A program made the translations under genes and the position numbers. From Azolla caroliniana (taxonomy: Eukaryota > Plantae > Polypodiophyta), in the NCBI GenBank assembly GCA_043228905.1, contig JBHGNT010000008.1, positions 1,364,001-1,428,000 on the forward strand: a stretch of DNA of 64,000 bases, written 5' to 3'. The notes under the pieces are model-generated. The model was not told where the DNA came from and did not search any database. It saw only the letters and a program-made list of their open reading frames with translations. Every line of letters starts with the position of its first letter. The first letter of the stretch is position 1. Positions 24,221-37,828 of this stretch are shown one piece after another.

Positions 24221-24767
24221 AACATGAGAAGTCAACACCTTTTAAATGCCCCAATAGTTGTTATCATGTTTTGGCACCTTAGTATCCCCTATAACTTCAA
24301 TACTCACTCTAAAGAAGAGCTACAATAAATAGATAGATGTAAGTTCAACTTAAATCAAACATGAGAAGACAACACCTTTTCAATGCCCCAATAGCTGTTA
24401 TCATGTTTTGGCACCTTAGTATCCCCTATAACCTCAATACTCTAAAGAAGGGCTACAACTAATAGATAGGCGTAAGTTTCTACTTAAACCAAACATGAGA
24501 AGTCAACACCTTTTCAATGCCCCAATAGCTGTTATCATGTTTTGGCACCTTAGTATCCCCTATAACCTCAATACTCACTCTAAAGAAGGGCTACAACTAA
24601 TAGATAGGTGTAAGTTTCTACTTAAATCAAACATTAGAAGTCAACACCTTTTCAATGCCCCAAATAGCTGTTATCATGTTTTGGCACCTTAGTATCCCCT
24701 ATAACTTCAATACTCACTCTAAAGAAGAGCTACAACAAATAGATAGATGTAGGTTTCCACTTCAAAC
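24221..24767. repeat. Tandem repeat, 4 x ~135-138 bp, downstream of the Fes1-like gene
   Basis: aaacatgagaagtcaacacc..ttggcaccttagtatcccctataac units start near 24221, 24357, 24491 and 24629. Confidence 0.9.
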
Positions 24768-25169
24768 TAAATTAAAAATTCAAACCTCACCTACCAAATA
24801 TATAGACGATGTAAGGGCTTCAGAATCTCAACTTCTTTTCTTATCAACACACCAAATTTAAGCCTTCATGCAAACAAAAATCCGATATGAAGACAACATT
24901 TCAATTTAACAGTCATAACCTTTCACAAATTGACTTTCAAATTCACTTGGGTGATTTTAAACCAACTATATCATTTGGTTATAAACCGTAACCATATTTA
25001 CTACATGAAGAGTATAATACTGCTTTGCAAGGGTAACAAAAACACTTTTAGCTCATAAATAACAATTACAAAGTGTGATATACATCCATTACATAATATG
25101 TTAGAGAAGTATATGGAAGCTACTCTCGCTGCCTACAATTTCCTCCTTATATAATCAGATCAGCTAAAG

Positions 25170-28100
25170 TTAACCACCTAGAAGCAGAGGAGGCTTCGTT
25201 GCCATGGACGTGGCCGTTTCCTCCTGATTCTGTGAGCCCATCGTTTGTCTCGGTGCTGCCCAAGCTCTCAAAGCAGGTTCAAACAATTTACTTGTAACAT
25301 CTGGAGGTGGAGGTTCTTCGTCACTCGGCAAAACCACAAACCCACCCTCACGCAGTAGAGAAGGCTCATGAAAACACATCTCCCACAGGGAATCAATCAA
25401 AGCTCGTTCCTCCTTGACCACGCTGAGCTCTTCTGGATCCATACTACGAATCTGCTCAATCCTTGACTCTAAAGCTCTCCGTAGGTTCATCGTGTTCTCT
25501 TTCTCCTCGGCATGGTCATTGAATTTCTCATTTCGTGCCATTTCGACAAGATTGCGCAATGCAGTTTGTCGAATGTCAACATCATCGGCAACTACAAGAC
25601 TTACAAGGGGTTTGCTGAATCCAAGGTCCGCCGCAATGCTATTATCATTGGGATTCTCATGTAAGAGGTAATGCAACACTTGCAAACCTTTCCTGAGCCA
25701 ATAATAAATATAGATACATCAGCCAATCATTATATAAAAAAGACTTATTGAAATAGAAAATTACTAAACTGTTCTACTAAAGTCTAGTGTCTTGACTCTT
25801 AAATACCATAAATTTACAATATAAAAAGAGCAAAATGATATAAAGTCTCATTTTCTACATAAGTTTTTAGGAGGAATCAAGTCCCACTTTCTACCTATAT
25901 ATGTGCCCTTTAAGGTTCCAAGAGTTATTGAATACACATGTTAAAAACTTCTAACAAACTCCACAATATTTGGTGAATGAAAAAAGAGGGACAATTCAAA
26001 AATGACACTCTCGACCTTTCCTTCCTCTTTTGGGGGGGCGGGGGGAGTGTGATTGTCATTCACCCAAGGTTGGAGTGGGAATTAAAATCCCAACCTACAG
26101 CTTTAATGTCAAAGACCAAAACCACTGTTTCCCAATAGTTATTTTTCTTCCAAATGGAGGGTCTATCGCTCCCAACAGTATTGAACATATAAATTTGTTC
26201 ATCTACTTTAGGAAGCCCTTAGAGTTCATGCATCATATGGCAGTTAGCCATAAGAGTTATCTTTTTATGTGGGAGCTTTTCTAGAGGCCAAATTTTGGTT
26301 TGAGAAAGTTAACCTCAGAAGATTGCCAAGATCTCCTTGTGAAGGAAAATATAACTTATGAAAACCAACATAATGGTGCCATTCATCCATCTTGTGCATA
26401 TGTAGTTTGACAAAATCTTCTCATGAAGGAAAATATAACTTATGGAAACCAATGTAATGGTGCCATTCATCCATCTCGTGCATGAAGGGAAATATAACTT
26501 ATGAAAACGAACACCATAGTGGCACTCATCCATGTCATGTCATGATGGGAAATATAACTTATGAAACCAATATAATAGTGGCATCCATCCATCTTGTGCA
26601 TATGTACACACACAGAAACAAATATATATGTGTGTGTGTACATATAATGTATGTACTTGCATATGTATACATGAATCTAAGTGAAATGCTCAGTTCTGAG
26701 ATCGTCTCAATTCATCATCCACACAAAAGAAACAAATCCACATAAATAATCTGTACCTCTGAAATTTTGGATTATCAGAAGTTAATGCAGCTTTGAGTCC
26801 CATATAGCCATTACCCAGACGAAACGCTGTAACACCAGGCTTGTTGTTCCTTATTAAAGCTGACAACATTCAAATTTTCCTGAATGAAAACCTTGAGCAG
26901 AAGAAAAATAATAATAGTACACAAGCATCTATATGTCTAGTAAATATACAAAGCCTTCTGTGTTAGTACAAGTAAAGACATGACGACTTTCTTCTGTTAT
27001 GTTTTCTTACATGATATGGCACCCAAAGACTTTGCTCGTACTGTCGAATCTGGATCTGACATGAAATTGAGGAGCAAGAATTCCAGCCCATTGGCATCCA
27101 TAACAATCTCCTGACATTTTGGATTATTTTGAACCATGGTGCTCACAACCTCGGAAGCTCTAGCTCTGATGGATGCATTAGGGTTCTTCAAATAATTCAG
27201 AAGAGGAGATAAACCTCCTATTGCATGCAAATCTGCAGAAATATTTTGGACATTGATACTTTCACAGGTTCAAGTGAAAATACGTACTCAAACCTGATTT
27301 TAGAAAAAAGATTATGAGAATTTTTTCAAAGTTTGTGGTTTATAAATTACCATTTGCCATGTCAATGGATTCCACATGCATTTGGAGCTCCTCCAACATT
27401 CCTGAAAATTAAAGTAGGATAAAGTAAATGCACCATATGGCTTAGCAAGAACCTCACATTTTTGCAGCACATAAGTGCAGAAAATCTGGAGACTATCAAT
27501 CATAATGACATTTGATAAGCATGGAAATAGTTCAACTTTTCGTGAGCTTACAATACCACCTATTGCAAACAAAGATGTATGATAGATCACTGGTGATATA
27601 ATGACATTTTCAAGCCTAATGAGACACTCATATGCACCAGAAACAAGTAATCAGCACATAGATATTGCTAAAATTCAAGCAAGAAATGAAAGACTCGCAC
27701 TTGAAGAGCTATAAGATTCAAGCAAGAAATAAAATATCCGCTCGAAGAGCTCCATGATGATGAATTCTATTCTAAACAAGGCAAACTTATCCAAATCAAT
27801 GTCAGCTACACATTTACAATGTGACTTATCCTGAAGATAATCAATATTTTCATTAAAATGGGGTACAATAAATGAGAACCTATATTTCCCTTTAAATCCA
27901 TAAATCCAGGTTCATTCCTACCTAACTAAACTACTCCAGATAAAACCTGAATGGATACTAATAAAAACCACAGTATACACGCCAACACTCCAAAACCCAG
28001 TTTCCCTAACTATCATGGCATGTCATATTCTAGGCTAATATTCATACATTTAGTCTCCCACACTCCTGACACAATGACAAATGTAGATAATACCAAAACG

Positions 28101-28600
28101 AGGTTGTCATATGTTAACTATGTAATAATGGAATGCTGCACATTGTCTCTTTGACCATACCGCAGAATCTCTACACAACATGAATGGGTATCCATCCAAA
28201 ACAAGTAGATTGAAACTCTACACAATAAAAGCATGCCCTGTTTTTCTGCAATTGGTGAGTTTAAAAACACTAGAGAAAAATTCAAATCCAACAAATTCAT
28301 ACACATCCGATACATGAGAAAAGGATGCGGGGACGGCAAAACATAGCAAACCAAGGTACTCGCTGGGCTTAGTTGTTAAGGGAATTAAGATGCCAACCTT
28401 CCAAATCTTCAATCGTGACTCCCTGAGACAGAAGCGACTCTAAAGGAATGTTCATCACTGTCGATATTTCCTTCATTCGTCGAATCACATCCACGGTCTG
28501 CTCTTGCATTGCTTCCATAAACCATTTCCTCTCCTCGTCACTGCGAGGGGATGAAACACCTCTTATCTCTCGTAGAAATAATGCTATTTCATTTCGTGGG

Positions 28601-28641
<41 letters not shown>

Positions 28642-28774
28642 CGAATGAGACCAAAAAGAAGAAAAGACGGGAATACCTGAGGCGCCGAGGAGGAGCAGTG
28701 CCATCGGAATGAGCTAGGCTCCACTTCAGTAGGCCCTGCCAATCAGGTCCACCAGGAACACCTCCGTCCGCCAT
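25170..28774 (-). CDS. FES1: Hsp70 nucleotide exchange factor, Fes1/HspBP1 family (379 aa, 6 exons)
   Basis: Exons 28774-28677, 28540-28398, 27401-27351, 27232-27011, 26859-26757 and 25692-25170 join GT-AG into 1140 nt. Motifs PDWQGLLKWSLAHSDG, EERKWFMEAM, VESIDMANDLHAIGG, VQNNPKCQ and C-terminal PPLLLG. Confidence 0.93.
26335..26601. repeat. Degenerate tandem repeat in the last Fes1 intron
   Basis: Four copies of ggaaa(a)tataacttatg..ccat(t)catccatct. Confidence 0.75.
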
Positions 28775-28874
28775 AGCCAGAAACAGATGATCTACGGAAT
28801 GAAAGAAGAAGAAGAAGAAGAGTCCAAATGAAGAAGAAGAAGAAGAAGAAACAGAGAGGGTTCAATCATAACCT

Positions 28875-28889
28875 AGAAGGTTCTAGAAA
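28875..28889. promoter_or_regulatory. Heat-shock element
   Basis: aGAAggTTCtaGAAa is a perfect nGAAnnTTCnnGAAn, ~100 bp upstream of the ATG of an Hsp70 co-chaperone gene. Confidence 0.75.
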
Positions 28890-29846
28890 GGGCATTTTCC
28901 TTTATTTCCCGAAATGCCCCTGAACTTTTCGCTATTTCCCCAGAATACCCTTTCATATATACCAATCTGGAACAGAAATTATACTATCTCTTTGGGTAAA
29001 CACCCCATTTTTTGTCGTAAACTGATTGTCTAATGGCCCAATTTTGGTCTTAGAAGACAATAATGAAACTTTCTTTTTTTCTGGCTAACTAATAGGATAA
29101 TTTTGGTCTTAGAAGACATTAATATAACTTTCTTTCTTTCTGGCTGAGTAATTCTGAGGCCAGTTTGATCGTTGCATGCCTCTCTCACCACATTGATCAA
29201 TCCGACGGACGAAAACTAATGAAAATAAAGTAGGGGCAATTGTAGAAGTAATAAAAAAAAAACGCTCTAACAACTTCTTGGAGTAGACCTCTCTCTTCTC
29301 TTGTATGATCTTGGTCCTCAGTCCTCATTAGAGGTATTAGATACATTTGCTTATATGTCCATATCTTCGGGCATTTTCACCATTCTAATAATGTAAGTTA
29401 TATATAGTACATGTTAAATTAGATTAGAAGACAATGGCATTGATCACCCTTCATCTATCTAAGACATTATGTAAGTTTTATGTTCATCCATCTAATCATA
29501 TGTAAGTTAAAATCAAACTATGAATCAAAGATGGGACGTCGTAAGAACAAATTTGGGTGTTAAAACCACAAACCATGGGATGCTTCACAATCTTTGGACA
29601 ACACAAACATATTTAGGGAACTTTCCATAAATGAATCAACAATTGAAATTGGGCCCAATCAATCTACGTGGGGACATGGATGTTGGTGGTGTACATTGAG
29701 CTTGATGTGGTACGTGGGACTAGCTTTTGTATTCATATTATTGGTGCATTTCTTAGCAAAATTCAAAGAGATGATTATTGCATTATCACACAACAAATTG
29801 GAGTTTCCAAACTTATTCTTGAAGTTTTCCATTTTCGAGTTTGGAT

Positions 29847-30241
29847 TGTTTAAGGTCCGCCTTGGACAAAAGGTTATGTGAAAGGGAGGCAACAAATATC
29901 AGCACAAGAAGAGGGAAACAAAAACAATGGCCAAGAAATAAGCGAATGAGAGCAAATTATTTGAACCATGGATTTTGTAATTTGTGTTGTTTACCTTGAT
30001 TATAATCAAGGAGAGCAGACACATTTATACAAGGTTGGGGAAGCATGCACAAAGAAAGTTTTAGAGATGTGCATGTTCTAGTGGATTCTAGAATATACAA
30101 GAACAACCATCTAATATAATGTGTTAGGTTTCTTGAACATATAATGACAAGGAAAGAGAATAGCCAAGTGGTTAAGGCTATTCATTACTTGGGGAAAGAT
30201 TCAAGTTTGAACCTTGATTGTGATATATGGAGGAGACGACA
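29847..30241 (-). mobile_element. Probable gypsy-type solo LTR, boundaries uncertain
   Basis: Shares the block tgtgttgt..accttgatta..atcaagg..atttatacaag and a tRNA-like segment with the LTRs at 31835 and 37829. No clean TSD found. Confidence 0.55.
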
Positions 30242-30339
30242 CCATTTTCGAGCAACTCTAGGTGAATTTGCAATGTTGTGAAAATCCATCACTAAGTATG
30301 GATCATGAGGCACAACCACCAAGATTTAGGGCTCACATG

Positions 30340-31215
30340 CCCAACATGAACGCAAAGGAGGAAGGCTTACACACACAAGGCACAAAAGGTTCAAACGCCT
30401 TTGTAAAAAGGAGAGGGGCATGGGCAAGCCCACATCAACCCCTCATCACAAGACGAACGAATGCATGAGAAGAAGGCTTACACACACAAGGCACGAAAGT
30501 TTGGATGCCTTTGTGAATGGGAGAGGTGTATGGTTTCGTGAAACCTTCCCCATCACAAGACATACAAACGCACAAACAAGAGGCAAGACCACACACATGA
30601 ATGCCCGAACGCATTTATGACGAGGATAAGTGCATGGTTTCTCGAAACCTTCCCTGTCACAAGACACACAAACAAGAGACAAGAACACGTACACGAAAGT
30701 CAGAACACCTTCATGAGGAGGAGAGGTGCATGGTTTCCCAAAACCTTCCCCATCACAAGACACATGAACACACAAGCAAGAGATGTCAAGAACATGCACA
30801 GGATCTACCTGAACGCCTTTATGACGAGGAGAGGTGCATAATTTCCTGAAACCTTCCCCGTCACAAGACGCACAAACACACAAGGAAGAGACAAGAACAG
30901 CACACGAATGCCCGAATGCCTTTATGACAAGGAGAGGTGCATAGTTTCCTAAAACCTTCCCTGTCACAAGTTGCACAAACACACAAGGAAGAAACAAGAA
31001 CACGCACATAGATGCCCTAACGCTTTTATGAGGAGGAGAGGTGCTTGGTTTCATGAAACTTTACCCGTCACAAGATGCATGAACACACAAAAGGAAGGTT
31101 TACATATGAGACACAAAAGTTTGAATGCCTATGTGAAAGGAGAGGTATATATACACATAAAAAACAATCCCCAATCACAAGACACATGAACACACAAGCG
31201 GAAGGTTTACACAAA
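30340..31215. repeat. Degenerate tandem array, ~7 units of ~100-110 bp
   Basis: Recurrent gaggagaggtgcatggtttc..aaaccttccccatcacaagacaca core. Confidence 0.85.
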
Positions 31216-31834
31216 ATACACGTAGGTGAAAGGAAACATTACTTGATTACAAAATAAGAGCGTCTTTTATAAAATAAGAATCAAGTTATAAAAGGTTTTG
31301 TCATAAGGAATATAGTTTATCAAGGAAGGGGGGGGAGAGATGGAGAAAAGAAGTGAATGAAGTATAGAAGAGGAAGATCCTTGATTGATGTTGCCTCTTG
31401 ATATTAATGATCCCTCTTCTTCGCCTTCCAATTTTGTAGAGTTTTCGTATCTCTTCTTCTCTTTCCCCCCTTCTACTTAAGAGTAAGCTCTTATTTATAG
31501 GTTTTCTATTGCTTGTTTTTTTCCCTAAAAAAAGCTTGTTTATGTGAGAGATGTTTTTATTTTCATCACTATTTCTCTTGTGTAACCTTAAATTTGGCAT
31601 GCAAGATATTTTTGGAAACCTCTTACTGTTTGCTTTCTTATGAATATTTTCTTTTATGAGCTTTTATATCTAACTATCTCTTCATATCCACACCTTGTTT
31701 TACTCGCTTTTTTCTTCTTTTTAAAACCGTCTCTAACTTTATATCCTTCATCATTTATTACAAGATTTAATCCCTTGACCTTTCATCCATAAGGCATGCT
31801 CTTTGAAAAATGAAAATGTATTTTTGTTACTAAC

Positions 31835-32232
31835 TGTCACGGTCAAGTATAATAGAGTAGAACGAAGATAAGACTGGAGAACAAGAGATAGGAAAAGAAC
31901 AAGAACTCAACTTATAGAATTCGTAACTTGTGTTGTTCACCTTGATTAGAATCAAGGTGCACATGAGTATTTATACAAGAGGGTAGGGCTATGTAAGCTA
32001 GTTAGAAATAGAGTGCATGAGGATGCATGCAATAGAGAATGCATGAGGATGCATGCAAGCTAGAGAATGAGAATGCATTTAAGCTAGGAACTTCCAATGT
32101 TCAATCTAGACTATATGAAGTTGAATTAAATATAAGGATACATATGTAGCTCAAGTGGTAGGGTTTGCCCAATACAAACCATGAGGTCTTGGGTTCAATC
32201 GCTATCTTCCTCTGTGGCATATGTTTATGACA
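31835..32232 (-). mobile_element. Gypsy-type solo LTR
   Basis: TGTCA..TGACA ends, TSD CTAAC/CTAAA (4/5). Same TATA-containing block as the 37829-38225 LTR. Confidence 0.8.
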
Positions 32233-32346
32233 CTAAAAAAGTTGACTTCACAATACTACTATTTTATTTCTTTTCAAGTGGGGTTTCACACTACGTGTTG
32301 AAGAAATCACGATAACATTAGAATTTTGCAAACCCCAAGAAGAATT

Positions 32347-35300
32347 TGTTAGGAATATGTCCCTCCTATGGGAGAAGCCTACAATCGAAGACGTGGTGTA
32401 GCTGACTAGTTGGGCCAAGAACTGATAGTCGATGACAAGGGGGAGTCGTCATGGAGGGTTGACAATATAAAAAGGTGATCCAAGTTGAGGACACGACTGA
32501 CTAGTCGGGCCAACCAGATGGTCGAAGACAAGGCCGACTAGTCGGGCCGACTAGATAGTCGACATAAGAGTTGGATAGTCAAATCGACTAATCGACCAGT
32601 CGACTGATAACTATTAGTGTTAGTCAGTATAATAATAAGAATGATAGTAGTAGTGGCTACAATTGTAAATAGACCATACAATGTATAAGTATAAATACAC
32701 TTAGGGCAAATGTAGAATACGGGTAGTTGAATAGTGATTCTGTAATAGTGATAGAGAAGAGACAATGCATGAGTGAGAGTGGCAACAGAGTTTGGGGAAC
32801 CTACTAAAAACCCTAAGTGGTTATCCTCTAAGCATCAGAGAAGATCTGTAACTATTTTCGGCACTCTCTTGTATAGTGTATCTTTGTCCCCGTGGTTTTC
32901 CCCATTTAGGGTTTCCACGTAAAACTGTGTATTGTGCATTTGTTGTTTTCTATTTTTGGCATTGTTTGGGGCATTTCCTAGTCGGTCCTTCTCACGAATC
33001 ATAGGGATTGAATCCCATCAAAGTGGTATCAGAGCTTGAGGTGTAAGCATGGAAGGAGCTGTGAGCGGCTTCCCAGGTATGATAGTTCTAAACTCACAAA
33101 ACTATGTAGACTGGAAGATAAAGATGGAAGATCTTGTCATAGTGAATGACCTGTACGAGCCCATCGACAGAGTAGAAATACCCACAGGGGTATTAAAGTC
33201 TAAATGGAAACTTCTAAACAGAAAGGCGGGGGCCACCATTAGACAATGCATTGATGTGAGTGTCCTTCATCATGTAGCGAATGACACAAATGCCTACGAG
33301 ATGTGGTAGACACTATCAAGTCTATATGAGAGGAAGAATGCCCTCAACAAAACATCCTTGATGAGACAGATCATGGGGCTAAAATACAAGGACGGAGAAA
33401 GCATAGTGGAGCATGTAAGCACAGTCATGGGGTATGTGAACCAACTTGCTGCAACCAAGTTTCCCCTTGAAGATGCAATGCAGGCCATCCTGCTACTGTG
33501 TACCCTATCGGGCAGCTGGGAGAATTTGGTGGTAACTCTCAACACGTCATGTCAAGTCAGGTTCGAGTCCAGAGGTAAGCTAACATGCTTCTATTGTGGA
33601 AAGGCTGGACACTTTCAGAAGGACCATCGACACATGAGGAAGGACAAAGGTGTCGGTAATGATGTCAAACCTAGGAAGATTCCTCATGAAAAGGGCACAT
33701 CGGTCGTAGGTATGAGTGTAGAGTAGATCTTGTTCTTTTGTGAGTAGGCAAGCACAAATCTTGCAAGTGAAGAGTGCACTTGAGTAATTGACTCGGGCGC
33801 ATCTTTCCATATAAGTCCGTCGAGAGAGTGCTTCTCGATTTACATAGCCCGGGATCATGGCTATGTAAAGATGGGAGATAATGGTGAGTGCAAGACAGCC
33901 GGCATAGGAAGTGTATGCTTGATGATGTCGACAGGTTGTCGACTGACTCTGAGGGGAGTTCAACATGTCCTCGATATCAGATTAAACCTGATATCGATAG
34001 GACGGTTGGATGATGAAGGCTATAGTGGTAGCTTTCGAACCGACAAGTGGAAGTTCTGTCAAGGAAACCTCATAGTGGCCCGAGTACAGAAAGAGGGCAC
34101 ATTGTATATGATGCATGCCCGACTGTGCAAGTAGGAAGTGAATGTGGCAACCAACGCGAGTGGAGAGTTATGGCATAAGAGGCTCAGCCACATGAGTGAA
34201 AGAGGAATGCACATCCTGGCCGACCAGGAACTTCTCCCAGAAGTGAAAGGAGTACACTTGGAGAAGTGTGTCGACTGCTTAGTCAGAAAGCAAAACAGAG
34301 CCGCATTCCACACAAGACCACCAAGAAGAAGAGAAGTTGCACTGGAACTAGTACACATGAATGTGTGCTATGTAGATGCTTCATCACATCGAAGTGGACA
34401 GTACTTTGTAGCGTTTATTGACGACTATAGTCAGAAGAAATGGGCCTTCATGTTGAAGTCGAAGGACCAAGTACTGTCATTCTTCAAGGAGTTCCAGGCA
34501 AGGGTTGAAAGAGAGTCGGGTTAGAAGTTGAAAGTTGTCTAAACCAACAATGGTGGCGAATATAAAGGACAATTTGAGGAATACTGCAAGGCCCAAGGTA
34601 TTCAAATCAAATACACAGTACCGAAGACCCCTGAATTGAACGAGCTTGTAGAGAGGATGAATCAAACGATCATGGAGAGAATAAGGAGCATGTTGTCGCA
34701 TGCTAAGCTGCCGAAATCTTATTGGGCTGAGGTGATGTATACGGCTGTTTATATGATCAACAAGTCTCCCTTAGTACCATTGAAAGGTGATCAACAAGTC
34801 TCCCTTAGTACCATTGAGAGGGTGTGGACAGGAAAGGATGTCTCCTACCAACAACTGAGGGTGTTCGGATGCCTTGTGTATATGCATGTAGCTAAGGATA
34901 AGAGGTCGAAGCTCGACAACAAGACGAAACCATGCATATTTATGGGTTACTCGGAGGATGAGTTCGACTATAGGGGGACTACACGCTTGGGACCTAGTCG
35001 ATAAGAAAGTACTGAGGAGTTGAGATGTAGTCTTCTTGGAGGACAAGACGATGGAGGACTGGGAGCAACAGAAGTTGGGATCGACCTCCTAGTCAACTCC
35101 CACTACTACCGACTTAAGACCAAGTGAACTGAGTTGTTCGGAGACAACCAGTCAGCATAGCCGAATTCGAGTCGGTCGACTTGGAACAACCAACCAACAC
35201 AGATGAGTCAGAGTCGGTGGACTTATTGAAGTTGATCGGGGAATACGAGTCGGAATCAACTAACCCTCAACTATCGATCGACACATATGAACCCGAACCA

Positions 35301-37255
35301 AGAGTAGAGTTGGCAGAGACATCCAGACTAGAGCCGACAACGAGTGGAAGGAGATACCCACTTAGAGAAAGGAGAGCACCGACAACATATGCCAGTCAAT
35401 ACATCCTCTTGACTGATGAAGGCGAGCCTGAGTGCTATGATGAAGCCATTGCTGAAGAGCACAAGGAGAAATGGCAGAGTGTGATGCAAGACGAGATGGA
35501 CTCCTTGCACGAAAAGTATACTTACGACTTGGTGGAGCTACCAAAAGGTAAGAGAGCACTCAGAAATAAGTGGGTCTACAAGGTGAAGACTGGAGAAGGC
35601 GACAACATACCCAAATATAAAGCTCGTATCATAGTGAAGGGTTTTCAGCAAAAAAAGGGTGCGACTTGTATTGTAAAGAGGTATGATGAAGGTGACTTCT
35701 TAATTCTCTTACTATATGTGGATGACATGTTGATAGTCAGTCAAGACACGAAGAGGACCGTGAGCTTGAAGAAAGCATTAGGCAAGTCATTTGCCATAAA
35801 AGATCTTGGACCGGTGACGCAGATCTAAGGGATGCACATAGTTCGGGACAGAACGAAGAAAGTGTTGTGGTTGTCACAAGAGAAATATGTGACAAAGATC
35901 CTAGAGAGATTCAACCTGTCGGAAGCAAAGCCGGTCGGCTCTGTATTGCCGACGAATTGTAAGTTGAATGCAAAGCAATGCCCAAGGAGCGAGAAAGAAA
36001 AGGCTGAGATGAGGAAAGTACCATATGCCTCGGCGATTTGTAGTTTAATATATGTTATGGTCTATATGAGACCAGACATAACATTTGTTGTGGGAGCAGC
36101 AAGCTGATATATGAGTAATCTAGGACGAGAACACTGGGCAGCCGTCAAATGAATAGTCAGGTACTTGAAAGGCACCTCGAGAGTATGCCTAAGGTATGGT
36201 GTCGGAAAACCCATGCTTGAAGGGTTTATCGATTCAGACATGTTAGGGGAGCTGTGTCATGGCAGTCACAACTTTAGAAATCAGTGGCCTTGTCGACCAT
36301 AGAGGCAGAGTGCATGGCAGTGGTCGAGGCCGGAAAGGAGCTGATCTGGATGAGAAATTTTCTCAGTGAGCTAGGAATGAAGCATAAGGAGTTCTTGCGT
36401 CATTACGACAACCACAGTGCCATACCTCTAGCCAAGAAAGTTGTGTACCACTGCCGAACCAAGCACATACAAAGGAGGTATCACTGGTCGCGGGAGAAAG
36501 TGGAGGAAGAAGAGTTTACCCTCGTGAAGATCCATACTGACGACAATGGATCTGACATGCTAATAAAGAACCTGCCGATGGACAGGAATAACCAACTCCA
36601 CCCATAGGATTGAAGGGGAAGTTTGTTAGGACTATGTCCCTCCTATGGGAGGAGCCGACTAGTCGGGCCGAGAGTCAACAGTCGAAGACATGCTGTAGTC
36701 GACAGTTGATGACAAGGGGGAGTTGACATGGAGGGTCGACAATATAAAAAGGTGATCCAAGTGGAGGACACGACTGACTAGTCGACCAGATGGTTGAAGA
36801 CAAGGCCGACTAGACAATCGACATAAGAGTTGGATAGTCAAATCGACTAATCCACCAGTCGACTGATAACTATTAGTGTTAGTCAGTATAATAATAGGAA
36901 TGATAGTAGCAGTGGCTACAACTGTAAATAGCCCATACAATGTCCAAGTATAAATACACTTAGGGCAAATGTAGAATACTGGTAGCTGAATAATGATTCT
37001 ATAATAGTGATAGAGAAGAGAGAGTGCATGAGTGAGAGCGGCAACAGAGTTTGGTGAACCTGCTAAGAACCCTAAGTGGTTATCCTCTAAGCATCAGAGA
37101 ATAACTATAACTGTTTTCTGTACTCTCTTGTATAGTGTATCTTTGTCCCCGTGGTTTTCCCCGTTTAGGGTTTCCACGAAAAACTATGTATTGTGCTTTG
37201 TTATTTTCTATTTCCTGCAGTCCTTCTCACTAATCATAGGGATGGAATCCCATCA
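32347..37255 (+). mobile_element. Ty1/copia LTR retrotransposon, degenerate, internally deleted
   Basis: LTRs 32347-33020 and 36624-37255, PBS tggtatcagagc at 33024-33035, PPT at 36613-36623, TSD GAATT/TAATT. Gag, integrase, RT (LYVDDML) and RNaseH fragments. Internal region is close to the 4949-10750 element. Confidence 0.95.
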
Positions 37256-37828
37256 TAATTCAATATTATGCATCCATCATGACATCTACCAGTCTAGAGT
37301 TGTTTGCATATTCATTGCATCCATAAAGATCATTTATGGTGAAGCAAGTTATTTAATGGACTCCACTTGATTGTAATCAAACTTATACCTCGCGTTTCAT
37401 ATAAAAACCATATTCGTGTGGTTGTCCTTGCAAAAATGGACATCACACTCCTCTTGAGTCTTTGAGAAGATTAACATGTCATCTAGATAAGAAATCATAA
37501 TGGCATCCAAGAAGCTTAAAAAATATCATTTGTCATATGTTAAAACATTGTTGGCGCAGTCGTGAGACCAAAAGACATCAAAATGACCAGCTTGAGTGCA
37601 AAATGTGTTCTTCCACTCATCACTTAGAAGATCTCGAAAACAAGATTGTAAGCAATACGAAAGTCTAGCTTCATGAAATATTTTCCTAGAGTCAAGTGCT
37701 CCTCAAGATTTGACAACAAAGTATATTGCAAGAATACATGTTGCGAATAATGACTTGTTTATCCCTCAATAATTGACTATTAGTGAGGTAACCATATTTT
37801 TTCTTTAAATCATTATCGGGCCACCAAC
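37256..37828 (-). mobile_element. Old Ty3/gypsy RT remnant
   Basis: Decayed RT-like peptides on the - strand (AYNL, DEWKN, FGLT.AP, SYLDDML). Confidence 0.55.

Noticed and set aside
28369-28704. ORF with an HTHTHT run as a separate gene
   Set aside because: It reads through intron 1 of the Fes1-like gene, which contains a (CA)n microsatellite.
30446-31054. 202-aa Cys-rich ORF
   Set aside because: Arises from the tandem array; periodic and without a domain signature.
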